A stretch of DNA of 64,000 nt. Source: an uncultured Rhabdochlamydiaceae bacterium (GTDB lineage Bacteria; Chlamydiota; Chlamydiia; Chlamydiales; Rhabdochlamydiaceae). The stretch is taken from positions 1,504,001-1,568,000 of the forward strand of contig CAVQHD010000001.1 of NCBI GenBank assembly GCA_963712275.1. Reading direction: 5' to 3'. The notes beneath the pieces are model-generated. The model searched no databases. It was not told where the DNA came from and worked only from the letters and a program-made list of their open reading frames with translations. The translations under genes and the position numbers were made by a program. Shown here in pieces: positions 55,851 to 64,000 of this stretch; position 1 is the stretch's first letter, and the number at the start of each line of letters is the position of its first letter.

Positions 55851-56417
55851 ATGGCTACCATGCGCCTAGAAGAGTTACAAAGGCTGATTGCAAAAGGTGA
55901 ATCGGAGACCTTGGAATTCAAAAAGAGCACAGGACAGCGAACCGAAGCTGCGAAGACGGCATGCGCCCTGCTCAACGGATTTGGAGGACTTCTTCTTTTC
56001 GGCATCTCTGACAAGGGAGAAATCGTTGGCCAACAAGTGACAGCGAAAACGCTTGGAGACATTTCTGCTGAATTAAATAGCAATCCGGCACCTACATGGG
56101 AGATAAGAACAGAATCTGTGATAACCACTTTTTCACCTTCAGCCTTTTTTGCGACAGGGAGGATGTTGGAAGAGGCTGGATCGGGATATAGACAGTTTAG
56201 GCCTGAGTCAAGGCCCGAGTCACTAGAAACCGAAGTGTTAGCTCTTCTGAGTAAAGAACCTTTGTCAAAATTAGAAATTGCAAGGCATTTAGGGCATAAG
56301 CAGATCTCAGGAGGTTTAAAAAAGGTGATTCAAAATCTGCTAGCTAAGCAAAAAATTGAATATACCATTCCTAAAAAGCCAGGAAGCCGGCTGCAAAAAT
56401 ACAAACTATTTTTATGA
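55851..56417 (+). CDS. AlbA_2/Schlafen-like N-domain fused to C-terminal wHTH (apparently internally deleted)
   Basis: GESETLEFKKS...CALLNGFGGLLLFGISD; C-terminal IEYTIPKKPGSRLQKY. Confidence 0.7.
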   Translation: MATMRLEELQRLIAKGESETLEFKKSTGQRTEAAKTACALLNGFGGLLLFGISDKGEIVGQQVTAKTLGDISAELNSNPAPTWEIRTESVITTFSPSAFFATGRMLEEAGSGYRQFRPESRPESLETEVLALLSKEPLSKLEIARHLGHKQISGGLKKVIQNLLAKQKIEYTIPKKPGSRLQKYKLFL

Positions 56418-57433
56418 AAGTTTTAGGGATTGAAACCACCTGTGATGAGACGGCTTGCGCTGTCGTCGAAGATGGCAAAGTGATTTTGTCGCAAGTTGTG
56501 GCAAGCCAAGCTGATCTGCATCGAAACTATGGGGGGGTTTTTCCAGAGCTTGCCTGTCGGAGACACTACGATGTTCTGCTGCCGCTCGTGGATCAGGTTT
56601 TGAAAGAGGCGCATCTGACAGCTCAAGCAATCGATTTGATTGCTGTTGCCCATGGCCCGGGACTCATCGGGGCGCTGCTCTTAGGGCTTCATGCCGCCAA
56701 GGGGCTTGCCCTTTCGTGGGGCTGCCCATTTGTGGGAGTCAATCATGTGGAGGCCCATCTCTATGCAGCTACTATGGGGTGCGAAGAAGTGATTTTTCCA
56801 GCCATGGGGGTTGTCGTCTCTGGAGGCCACACTCTTCTTGTCAAAATGAATGGGCTTGGGTCGTATGAGCCGATCGGATCAACCGTGGACGATGCCGCTG
56901 GAGAAGCGTTTGATAAAGTCGCCTCTCTCCTAGATCTTCCTTATCCAGGAGGGCCTCAAATTGAAAAATTGGCACAAAAAGGTGAGGCAGCCCATTACCC
57001 TTTCAAGCCAGGAGTTGTGAAAGGACGTCCATGGGATTTTTCATTTAGTGGTCTCAAGACCAATGTTCTTTATACCCTAAAAGGGCAAAATTGCGATCGA
57101 AAAGCCCCTTCTCTTCTTCCTGAATCTGAAAAAGTTCACATTGCAGCAGGATTTCAAGAGGCGGCTCTAGGCGACATTGCGAGCAAAACGATTGCCGCAG
57201 CGAAGGCGTTTAATTGTAAAATGATTTTTTTAGGCGGCGGCGTCACCCAAAACGAGCGGCTTCGCGAGCTCTTTAAAAACAGCCCCATCCCTGCGATTTT
57301 CCCTCCTTCTGGCCTATCTCTTGATAACGGCGTCATGATTGCCGGACTGGGATTTCACGTTTTTCATCAAAGAGGGTGCACCAGCGACTCCTTCGACTTA
57401 GAGCCTCATCCTCGGATGTCTCTAAGAGACTGA
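56414..57433 (+). CDS. tsaD: tRNA t6A threonylcarbamoyltransferase TsaD
   Basis: GIETTCDET, GGVFPE, GPGL, HVEAH, SGGHT, DDAAGEAFDK, FSFSGLKT, DNGVMIA. Confidence 0.97.
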   Translation: MKVLGIETTCDETACAVVEDGKVILSQVVASQADLHRNYGGVFPELACRRHYDVLLPLVDQVLKEAHLTAQAIDLIAVAHGPGLIGALLLGLHAAKGLALSWGCPFVGVNHVEAHLYAATMGCEEVIFPAMGVVVSGGHTLLVKMNGLGSYEPIGSTVDDAAGEAFDKVASLLDLPYPGGPQIEKLAQKGEAAHYPFKPGVVKGRPWDFSFSGLKTNVLYTLKGQNCDRKAPSLLPESEKVHIAAGFQEAALGDIASKTIAAAKAFNCKMIFLGGGVTQNERLRELFKNSPIPAIFPPSGLSLDNGVMIAGLGFHVFHQRGCTSDSFDLEPHPRMSLRD

Positions 57434-57486
57434 CTACGGATTCAGGTTTCATCGACTGAAACTGAATCCGTAGTCAGTCTCTTAGA
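57421..57486. repeat. Palindromic element P5 (25-bp perfect stem) overlapping the tsaD stop
   Basis: TCTAAGAGACTGACTACGGATTCAG / CTGAATCCGTAGTCAGTCTCTTAGA. Confidence 0.9.
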
Positions 57487-57567
57487 CTGAAAGAAATATA
57501 TTGAGAGTAGATTTTATGTGGAAAAGAGACTAGAATGAGGTCATCATTTTTTTAAAGGGGTGTTTTT

Positions 57568-57726
57568 ATGGCAAAGTCAGGTCGTGAATTTGTTAAGTTG
57601 AAAAGTACAGAGAGTCCAGAGGTTTACTGGACCAATAAAAATAAAAAAACTTCGACAGAGCGTTTAGAGCTTAAAAAATATGACAAACGTCTGAAAAAGC
57701 ATGTGACTTTTAAAGAAGCAAAATAA
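57568..57726 (+). CDS. rpmG: 50S ribosomal protein L33
   Basis: Manual translation MAKSGREFVKLKSTESPEVYWTNKNKKTSTERLELKKYDKRLKKHVTFKEAK. Confidence 0.95.
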   Translation: MAKSGREFVKLKSTESPEVYWTNKNKKTSTERLELKKYDKRLKKHVTFKEAK

Positions 57727-57738
57727 AGTCCGTGTGCT

Positions 57739-57902
57739 CGGTAGGGAGGGAGAAAAGTGAAATGTGCTTTTTGGCGCCGCCAGGCAGATTTTTTTATACA
57801 AATCCTCGCAAATAGCCTAGCGGCTATTCGCTGTGGTTTGTATAAAAAATCTGCTGTGGCGGCGCTCAAAAAGCCCTATCTCACTTTTCTCCCTCCCTAC
57901 CG
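57739..57902. repeat. Palindromic element P6 (164 bp) between rpmG and lolC/E
   Basis: 22-bp perfect outer arms CGGTAGGGAGGGAGAAAAGTGA / TCACTTTTCTCCCTCCCTACCG, with further inner pairing and an apical AATAGCC-TAGC-GGCTATT hairpin. Confidence 0.92.
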
Positions 57903-57903
57903 T

Positions 57904-59352
57904 ATGTTCGAACTTTCCATTCTCCGAAAATACTTAGTCCCTCGTAAGCGTCACCTTTCGGTGACGTTGATTGCCGCTCTTTCGGTGGTGGTGATTTCAG
58001 CTGTTGTTTGGCTCGTCCTTCTTTTCTTATCAGTGACGGAAGGGATTGAAAAAACATGGCTTAAAAAACTCACTTCTCTGCACGCACCCCTTCGAATCAC
58101 TCCAACAACTGATTATCTCGCTTCCCATCACTATCTCATTGATACCATTAGCCAGAAAGCCGGCTATACTGCCCGAAGTTTAAGTGAAAAGCTCAAGAAC
58201 CCCGGCGCCACCCTTTACGATCCTCTTGTCGATGAGTCGCCTCCGAAAACATGGATGACTGCCGACGATTCTTTTCAAGACCCGCTTGTTTTTGTCTCCG
58301 ATCTTTTAAGCTCGATGAAAAAAGAGTGGACCGATTTGGAGTATGACTCTTTTGAAATGGGGGCTGCTCTTCTTCGTCTTCAAATCAAACGAGGGGAGAC
58401 ACCCTCATTTTTAACACAGGCCTCTTACCTAACCTCTTTTCCAGAAGGGTCGACTTACATTCACGATCTTTTACTCTCTCCTCTTCAAGCTGAAATCCCT
58501 TCCGGGGCGGCACCTATCGTTCTTGCAAAAGGGTTTCAAGATTCAGGAGTTAAAGTCGGCGATCGAGGGTGGATTCAATACCAGGCAGCCACTGCCGGAT
58601 CGCTTCAAGAACAGCGGCTCCCCGTTTGCGTATCAGGATTCTACGACCCTGGCGTCCTAGCGGTTGGGAGTAAATGTATTTTAGCCCCCACCAACATAAT
58701 TCACCTGATCAACACAACAAGCCCAGTGGAGCACTTTGAAAAAACAGCTTCCATGGGGTTTTGCCTCTGGCACGCAGATCTGACCAAAACTCGGCAGCTT
58801 GCTGCAGCGCTCCAAAAACAACTAGACCAAGCGGGGATGAGCCGGTATTGGACGCTCACAACGTACCACGACTATGAGTTTTCCAAAGATCTGATGCAGC
58901 AATTTCAAAGCGATCGGTATTTATTCACCTTGATTGGCTTGATTGTACTGGTGGTCGCCTGCTCGAACATTATTTCATTTTTAATTCTTCTTGTTCACGA
59001 TAAAAAGAAAGAGATTGGAGTTTTACAAGCCTTAGGCGCATCAAAACGGAGCATTGCTTTCATTTTTGGAGGGTGCGGGGCGGCGATTGGACTCCTGAGC
59101 AGCCTGATCGGCATCGGAGCTGCCCTCCTCACGCTTCATCACTTAGATGCGCTTGTAAAGTTTCTCAGCTTTTTGCAAGGACATTCTGCTTTTCACACCT
59201 CTCTTTATGGATCTGCGCTCCCGTCGGAAGTCAGCGTTTCCGCTCTTGTTTTTGTGGCCGTCATCACCCCCTTGCTCTCCCTTGCAGCAGGATTGATCCC
59301 GGCTTGGAAAGCGTGCAAACTCAGCCCTTCTGCCATTTTGAGGTCTGAGTGA
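57904..59352 (+). CDS. LolC/E-type ABC transporter permease
   Basis: MFELSILRKYL N-terminus, FtsX-like DKKKEIGVLQALGAS, IPAWKACKLSPSAILRSE. Confidence 0.88.
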   Translation: MFELSILRKYLVPRKRHLSVTLIAALSVVVISAVVWLVLLFLSVTEGIEKTWLKKLTSLHAPLRITPTTDYLASHHYLIDTISQKAGYTARSLSEKLKNPGATLYDPLVDESPPKTWMTADDSFQDPLVFVSDLLSSMKKEWTDLEYDSFEMGAALLRLQIKRGETPSFLTQASYLTSFPEGSTYIHDLLLSPLQAEIPSGAAPIVLAKGFQDSGVKVGDRGWIQYQAATAGSLQEQRLPVCVSGFYDPGVLAVGSKCILAPTNIIHLINTTSPVEHFEKTASMGFCLWHADLTKTRQLAAALQKQLDQAGMSRYWTLTTYHDYEFSKDLMQQFQSDRYLFTLIGLIVLVVACSNIISFLILLVHDKKKEIGVLQALGASKRSIAFIFGGCGAAIGLLSSLIGIGAALLTLHHLDALVKFLSFLQGHSAFHTSLYGSALPSEVSVSALVFVAVITPLLSLAAGLIPAWKACKLSPSAILRSE

Positions 59353-60020
59353 AAACCCCTGTCTTAAAAGCCGTCCATCTGTGCAAACGGTTCGCCTATC
59401 CAAATGAAGTGACCATTTTGCAAGATATTTCACTTGAAGTTTTCCCAGGAGAGTCTGTGGCCATCGTCGGAAAATCAGGCGAAGGGAAAACCACCCTTTT
59501 ACATCTTTTAGGTACCTTGGAAGAGCCCTCTTCAGGCACGCTCGAGATTTGTGGGAAACCTGCAAACTTAAAAGAGAGCCCAACCTTGCGAAGCGCCTAC
59601 TTAGGATTTATCTTCCAAGCCTACCATCTGCTGGAAGATTGCACAGGACTTGAAAATATCTTAATCGCAGCGCAGATTGCAAAAAAAGAGATCCATCCCG
59701 GCTCTACGACTCATACCAATGCCTTAACGCTCCTCGAAGAAGTAGGCCTTTCCCACCGAGCTTCATTCCCCGTCAGACTCCTCTCTGGCGGAGAGAAACA
59801 ACGGATTGCACTTGCACGAGCCTTCATCAATGATCCGGCTATCATCTTAGCAGACGAGCCCTCTGGCAATCTTGATAACACCCATTCCCAAGTTATTTAC
59901 ACCCTCCTCCTCGACTCGGCACACAAAAGAGGAAAAGCAGTTGTCATTGTCACCCACGATTTAGAGCTTGCTTCCCGCTGCAAAAAAACCTATGCTCTTC
60001 AGGGCGGGAGATTGTCGTGA
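59349..60020 (+). CDS. lolD: LolD-type ABC transporter ATPase
   Basis: GKSGEGKTT, LSGGEKQR, ADEPSGNLD, VTHD. Confidence 0.88.
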   Translation: MKTPVLKAVHLCKRFAYPNEVTILQDISLEVFPGESVAIVGKSGEGKTTLLHLLGTLEEPSSGTLEICGKPANLKESPTLRSAYLGFIFQAYHLLEDCTGLENILIAAQIAKKEIHPGSTTHTNALTLLEEVGLSHRASFPVRLLSGGEKQRIALARAFINDPAIILADEPSGNLDNTHSQVIYTLLLDSAHKRGKAVVIVTHDLELASRCKKTYALQGGRLS

Positions 60021-61339
60021 ATATCCTCATCCTTGGAACCGGTTATGTCGGGCTTGTCAGTGGAGCCTGTTTTGCCGATATGGGCCATCATGTTACCTGC
60101 TTTGATATCAATGAGCAAAAAATTCAAGACCTGCAAAATGGTTTAATTCCCATCTATGAGCCGGGACTCGAAGACTTAGTTTTCCAGAATATGCAAGCAG
60201 GCAGGCTTTCTTTTACCACCGACATTGCCTCTGCACTTAAAAAATGCAAAGTCTGTTTTATTGCCGTTCCGACCCCTTCCGCTCCTGATGGATCGTGCGA
60301 TCTCTCCTATGTTTTAGAAGCGGCTAAATCAATTGGACTGCATATGACGGGTCCCCAAGTGATCGTCACGAAATCGACAGTTCCTGTAGGCACCTCAAAA
60401 AAAATACGGCAAACCATTGAAGCTCACCTCCCCTTCCCTATCCTTTTCGATGTCGTCTCTAATCCTGAATTTCTCAAAGAAGGGGCCGCCGTCTCTGATT
60501 GCATGAAACCCGACCGCATTATTTTAGGGGTTGAGTCAGAGGAAGCGGCAGAGATCATGAGAGAGATCTACAAAGGATTTACACTGAGTCGTGATCGAAT
60601 TCTGGTGATGGATCCCGAATCGGCTGAAATGACGAAATATGTTGCCAATGCCATGCTTGCAAGCCGCATCTCCTTTATGAATGAAATGGCAGGGCTCTGC
60701 GAAAAGCTCGGCGCAAATATTCATGCCGTGCGGCAAGGCATTGGCTCAGATCCTCGCATCGGGTACCACTTTCTCTATGCCGGCGTTGGATACGGCGGCT
60801 CCTGCTTCCCTAAAGACCTTCGCGCTCTCCAGGCCATGGCAAAAGAGGCTCACTATGAAACATCTCTCTTAAATGCCGTTGAATTCGTCAATGAAAAGCA
60901 AAAAAAAATCCTCGCCGATAAAATCAGATCTTATTTTGGGGCCAAAGGAGGCCTTAGGCAAAAAACAATTGCGATCTGGGGCCTCTCCTTCAAGCCCAAC
61001 ACCGATGATCTCAGAGAAGCCCCTGCCCTCCAGCTCATCGAAGAGCTTTTAGCCGAAGGAGCTCGCTTAAGGCTCTACGATCCCGTTGCCATGCCCAAGG
61101 CGCAGGAGAAGCTCAAGCATCCTCTCATCACGTGGTGCACCGACGAATACCACGCCGCAGAAACTTCGGATGCCATTGCCCTTCTCACTGAATGGAAGCA
61201 GTTCAGATGCATTGACTTACAAGCCGTTCTAAAAAAAATGGAAGGAAACGCCTTCTTCGATGGAAGAAACCAGCACCGAAAAGAAGACCTGCAATCAAAT
61301 GGGTTCCACTACTGCGGTATTGGGATTCCGACCGATTAA
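60017..61339 (+). CDS. ugd: UDP-glucose 6-dehydrogenase
   Basis: GTGYVG, KSTVPVG, SNPEFLKEG, GYGGSCFPKD, FKPNTDD. Confidence 0.95.
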   Translation: MNILILGTGYVGLVSGACFADMGHHVTCFDINEQKIQDLQNGLIPIYEPGLEDLVFQNMQAGRLSFTTDIASALKKCKVCFIAVPTPSAPDGSCDLSYVLEAAKSIGLHMTGPQVIVTKSTVPVGTSKKIRQTIEAHLPFPILFDVVSNPEFLKEGAAVSDCMKPDRIILGVESEEAAEIMREIYKGFTLSRDRILVMDPESAEMTKYVANAMLASRISFMNEMAGLCEKLGANIHAVRQGIGSDPRIGYHFLYAGVGYGGSCFPKDLRALQAMAKEAHYETSLLNAVEFVNEKQKKILADKIRSYFGAKGGLRQKTIAIWGLSFKPNTDDLREAPALQLIEELLAEGARLRLYDPVAMPKAQEKLKHPLITWCTDEYHAAETSDAIALLTEWKQFRCIDLQAVLKKMEGNAFFDGRNQHRKEDLQSNGFHYCGIGIPTD

Positions 61340-61438
61340 GAAGCGATCTTAAAAAAAAATTTTTAAAGTTAATAAAAATAGTCAATTTTCGTATAATGTT
61401 TTTAATCGAATTTTAATTTAGCAAAAAATGAGGAAATC

Positions 61439-62710
61439 ATGAGTGGTGTAGGGGCTGTTTCATCGTCTATATTTACAAGACCAATAGAAAATCCTCAAGA
61501 ACCGCTCACTATAAGAATAGCTGCAGCCGTTGCGGTCGCAGTCGCATTATTTGTTGCTTCCTATGTTGTAGGATACATTGCAAATCGAGGAATGAAAGGG
61601 TTGTCGTTTAACAACACATACACATTTTTTAAACCGTCTATAAATTTTAAAAATCTTATTGGCGAAGATTTCCTTAAAGAAAAAATTAACGAGCGCGTAA
61701 AAAATCATTTTGAATCACAAAGGGCATCTCTACCAAAATCAAGATGGCAAAGAATGAGTGCTCTGTTCTCTCAGTTCATAACTCCCCACCCGAAAGCGCA
61801 AGCATCTGTTGATTTTTATAAAGAGTATGGCGGCCGACCTTTAAATGGAATGTTACTCTACGGTCCACCAGGATGTGGAAAAACCCATATTGCTGAATGT
61901 ATTGCAGGAGAGCTTGGGCTTCATTTTATCAAAGTTACTACTTCAACCTTTGGAAGTCCCTTAGTCCATCAAGCAGCTAAAAATATTGCCAATTTATTTA
62001 ACCAAGCTATAACACAGCAAGACGTATTAATTTTAATCGATGATGCTGATGCAAGTATAGGAAAGAGAGATAGTGACCAAGCACTGCCTCACCCTGCACG
62101 TGGAGACATCATTTCAGAATGTTTAAAATGGCTTCCTGAATGCAGCAAAGCCAATGTCTTTGTGGTCATGACGACCAACTCTACAAAAGCAATCGATCCT
62201 GCTTTAAAACGGTCAGGACGTATAAGTTTATCCATTGAGATAACTCCCCCCAATAAAGAGGCGCGGGCAGAATTATTAAAATACTATTTTACATCAAGAT
62301 GTAATAATGAGAGATTAAAAATTGACTATACAACGATTGCGGAAATAACAAACGGATTTACGCAGGCAGATTTAGAAGAACTCTCTTCCCGATGCGCAGA
62401 TAAGGGAATCGCTCAAAAGCTGGCACAGCTCAACACAGAGTTGGTCAGAACTATGTTTCTGGCTTTTAATAAAGAAAAGATCCTCCAACATCTGCAACAG
62501 CAGTTTGCCTTTTTCTGTGAAGGAACGGAGAGCTATTTCTCATGGGAGCCTCTTGCAGAGGCAGCAAAAAACATTTCATGGGCTCAAGTACAAAGAACAG
62601 TTAATGAGTGGCTTGAGGCAATTCTATCCGCATATAAGCAGGATGGAGCAAAAATATCTCCAGAGCGGATAGAAGGACTGCTCAGAGAGAAATTGAACTT
62701 AATCTCATAA
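61439..62710 (+). CDS. Membrane-anchored AAA ATPase (CDC48/FtsH-like module)
   Basis: N-terminal TM; LLYGPPGCGKT; ILIDDAD; TTN; DPALKRSGR; GFTQADL. Confidence 0.85.
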   Translation: MSGVGAVSSSIFTRPIENPQEPLTIRIAAAVAVAVALFVASYVVGYIANRGMKGLSFNNTYTFFKPSINFKNLIGEDFLKEKINERVKNHFESQRASLPKSRWQRMSALFSQFITPHPKAQASVDFYKEYGGRPLNGMLLYGPPGCGKTHIAECIAGELGLHFIKVTTSTFGSPLVHQAAKNIANLFNQAITQQDVLILIDDADASIGKRDSDQALPHPARGDIISECLKWLPECSKANVFVVMTTNSTKAIDPALKRSGRISLSIEITPPNKEARAELLKYYFTSRCNNERLKIDYTTIAEITNGFTQADLEELSSRCADKGIAQKLAQLNTELVRTMFLAFNKEKILQHLQQQFAFFCEGTESYFSWEPLAEAAKNISWAQVQRTVNEWLEAILSAYKQDGAKISPERIEGLLREKLNLIS

Positions 62711-62731
62711 AAGATTATATCTTTTTAACTT

Positions 62732-63352
62732 ATGGGACTTAGAGATCAGGGGAAACGGATTTTTGATATTTTATTTAGCTTAGTTGCGCTTCTGTGCTTT
62801 TTGCCTCTGGGTCTCTTGATTGCAATTTTAACCAAACTCTCATCGCCGGGTCCAATTTTCCATCGGTGCCGCCGCGTAGGTAAAGGAGGCGCTTCGATTG
62901 AGTGTTGGAAATTTCGCACGATGTGCCACGATGCAGAGAAAAAATTACAAGACCTGCTGGCGAAAAACCCTCCGTTAAGGCAAGAGTGGGAAATGTACTA
63001 CAAACTCAAAGACGATCCTCGAGTTCGTGGAATGGGAAAATTTTTGCGGAAAACGTCTCTCGACGAATTTCCTCAATTTTGGAATGTGCTTAAGGGAGAT
63101 TTAAGTGTTGTTGGGCCAAGGCCTGTGACTGAAGAGGAAATTCAAAAATATTTTCGCGATAAAGCAGACAAAATCTTATCTGTCCGGCCAGGGCTGACCG
63201 GCATCTGGCAAACCTCCGGCCGCAGCCTCCTCACATTTGAGCAGCGCATCCAGCTGGAAGAGCAGTATGTCGATCAGCAATCACTCCTCCTCGATCTTCA
63301 GATTATTTTTAAAACAATCCCCCATCTATTTTTCGCCAAAGGAGCGTATTGA
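62732..63352 (+). CDS. Polyprenyl-phosphate sugar transferase
   Basis: KRIFDI, WKFRTM, DDPRV, RKTSLDEFPQ, VGPRP, PGLTGIWQTSGR. Confidence 0.93.
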   Translation: MGLRDQGKRIFDILFSLVALLCFLPLGLLIAILTKLSSPGPIFHRCRRVGKGGASIECWKFRTMCHDAEKKLQDLLAKNPPLRQEWEMYYKLKDDPRVRGMGKFLRKTSLDEFPQFWNVLKGDLSVVGPRPVTEEEIQKYFRDKADKILSVRPGLTGIWQTSGRSLLTFEQRIQLEEQYVDQQSLLLDLQIIFKTIPHLFFAKGAY

Positions 63353-64000
63353 TGTGTCTGCCCATCCTCGTTGTCGGAGGTGCGGGATACATTGGAAGCC
63401 ATACCTGCAAAGCGCTCAAGCAAAAGGGATACCTCCCTATTGTCTATGACAACCTTGGAAATGGCCACCAGTGGGCTGCCAAATTTGGCCCCTTAGTCGC
63501 GGCTGATCTTTTTGATACGGCAGCCCTTGATGAAGTTTTTAAAACCTATCAACCTAAAGCCGTTCTCCACTTTGCTTCCTCTATTGATTGTCGGGCTTCT
63601 ATGCAAGATCCTGGCGGTTATTACCAAAATAACGTAGGGGGATCGGTCGCCCTTTTTCAAGCGATGCAAAGAAATGGAGCTGATCTTCTCGTCTTTTCAA
63701 GCTCTGCGGCAGTCTATGGGCTTCCTAAGGAAGAAACTCTTTTAGAGAAGCACCCTTGCAACCCTTCAAATGTCTATGGCACCACCAAATGGATGGCAGA
63801 GCAGATCATCCATGATTATGAGAAAGCTCACGGTTTTCGCTCTGTGATTCTTCGGTATTTTAATGCCGCAGGAGCCGATTTAAACCAAGAGATTGGCGAG
63901 GCTCACCGGATCGAAACCCATCTCATTCCCCTCGCTTTACAAACCGCCCTTGGAAGACGGGAGCACTTGACGGTCTTTGGAACAAATCATGCAACGGCTG
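63352..64000 (+). CDS. galE: UDP-glucose 4-epimerase, truncated by window end
   Basis: Manual translation MCLPILVVGGAGYIGSH...FSSSAAVYG...YGTTK...LRYFNAAGA...ETHLIP. Confidence 0.9.
   Translation, partial: MCLPILVVGGAGYIGSHTCKALKQKGYLPIVYDNLGNGHQWAAKFGPLVAADLFDTAALDEVFKTYQPKAVLHFASSIDCRASMQDPGGYYQNNVGGSVALFQAMQRNGADLLVFSSSAAVYGLPKEETLLEKHPCNPSNVYGTTKWMAEQIIHDYEKAHGFRSVILRYFNAAGADLNQEIGEAHRIETHLIPLALQTALGRREHLTVFGTNHATA

Noticed and set aside
57624..57869. 81-aa minus-strand ORF
   Set aside because: Made of P6 palindrome sequence and antisense of rpmG.
1..64000. CRISPR array, cas genes, rRNA or tRNA
   Set aside because: No regularly spaced direct repeats near any TnpB or elsewhere, and no recognisable structural RNA gene by eye. 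A covariance search was not run.

Overview
Chromosomal segment of an environmental chlamydia-like bacterium. The lineage is inferred from rnhC, gatCAB, the aroA-aroK-aroC-aroB-aroDE cluster with fused aroDE, a Pmp-like autotransporter and several eukaryote-like orphan proteins. Housekeeping genes (hflX, radC, xerD, alr, glmS, mip, tsaD, rpmG, lolC/E-lolD, ugd, galE) are interspersed with four groups of accessory features. (1) Four insertion sequences: a tnpB-only IS200/IS605 element lying exactly on the ancestral hflX-radC ATGA overlap, two inverted copies of an IS607 element with an atypical 524-aa TnpB (one copy splits a phosphoribosyltransferase gene and has a 152-bp tnpA deletion), and a DDE IS with subterminal hairpins. 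(2) Six long palindromic elements of about 65-175 bp with different sequences. One is inserted in frame inside an AAA-ATPase gene, two supply host stop codons, and one abuts the lolC/E start. (3) Candidate host-directed effectors: a USP-like deubiquitinase, a BTB-like tail-anchored protein, an Inc-like protein with an FFAT-like motif, a Ser/Thr kinase and a membrane AAA ATPase. (4) A decayed toxin-antitoxin cluster. No CRISPR array, rRNA or tRNA was recognised. All calls come from reading motifs by eye; no database searches were run.
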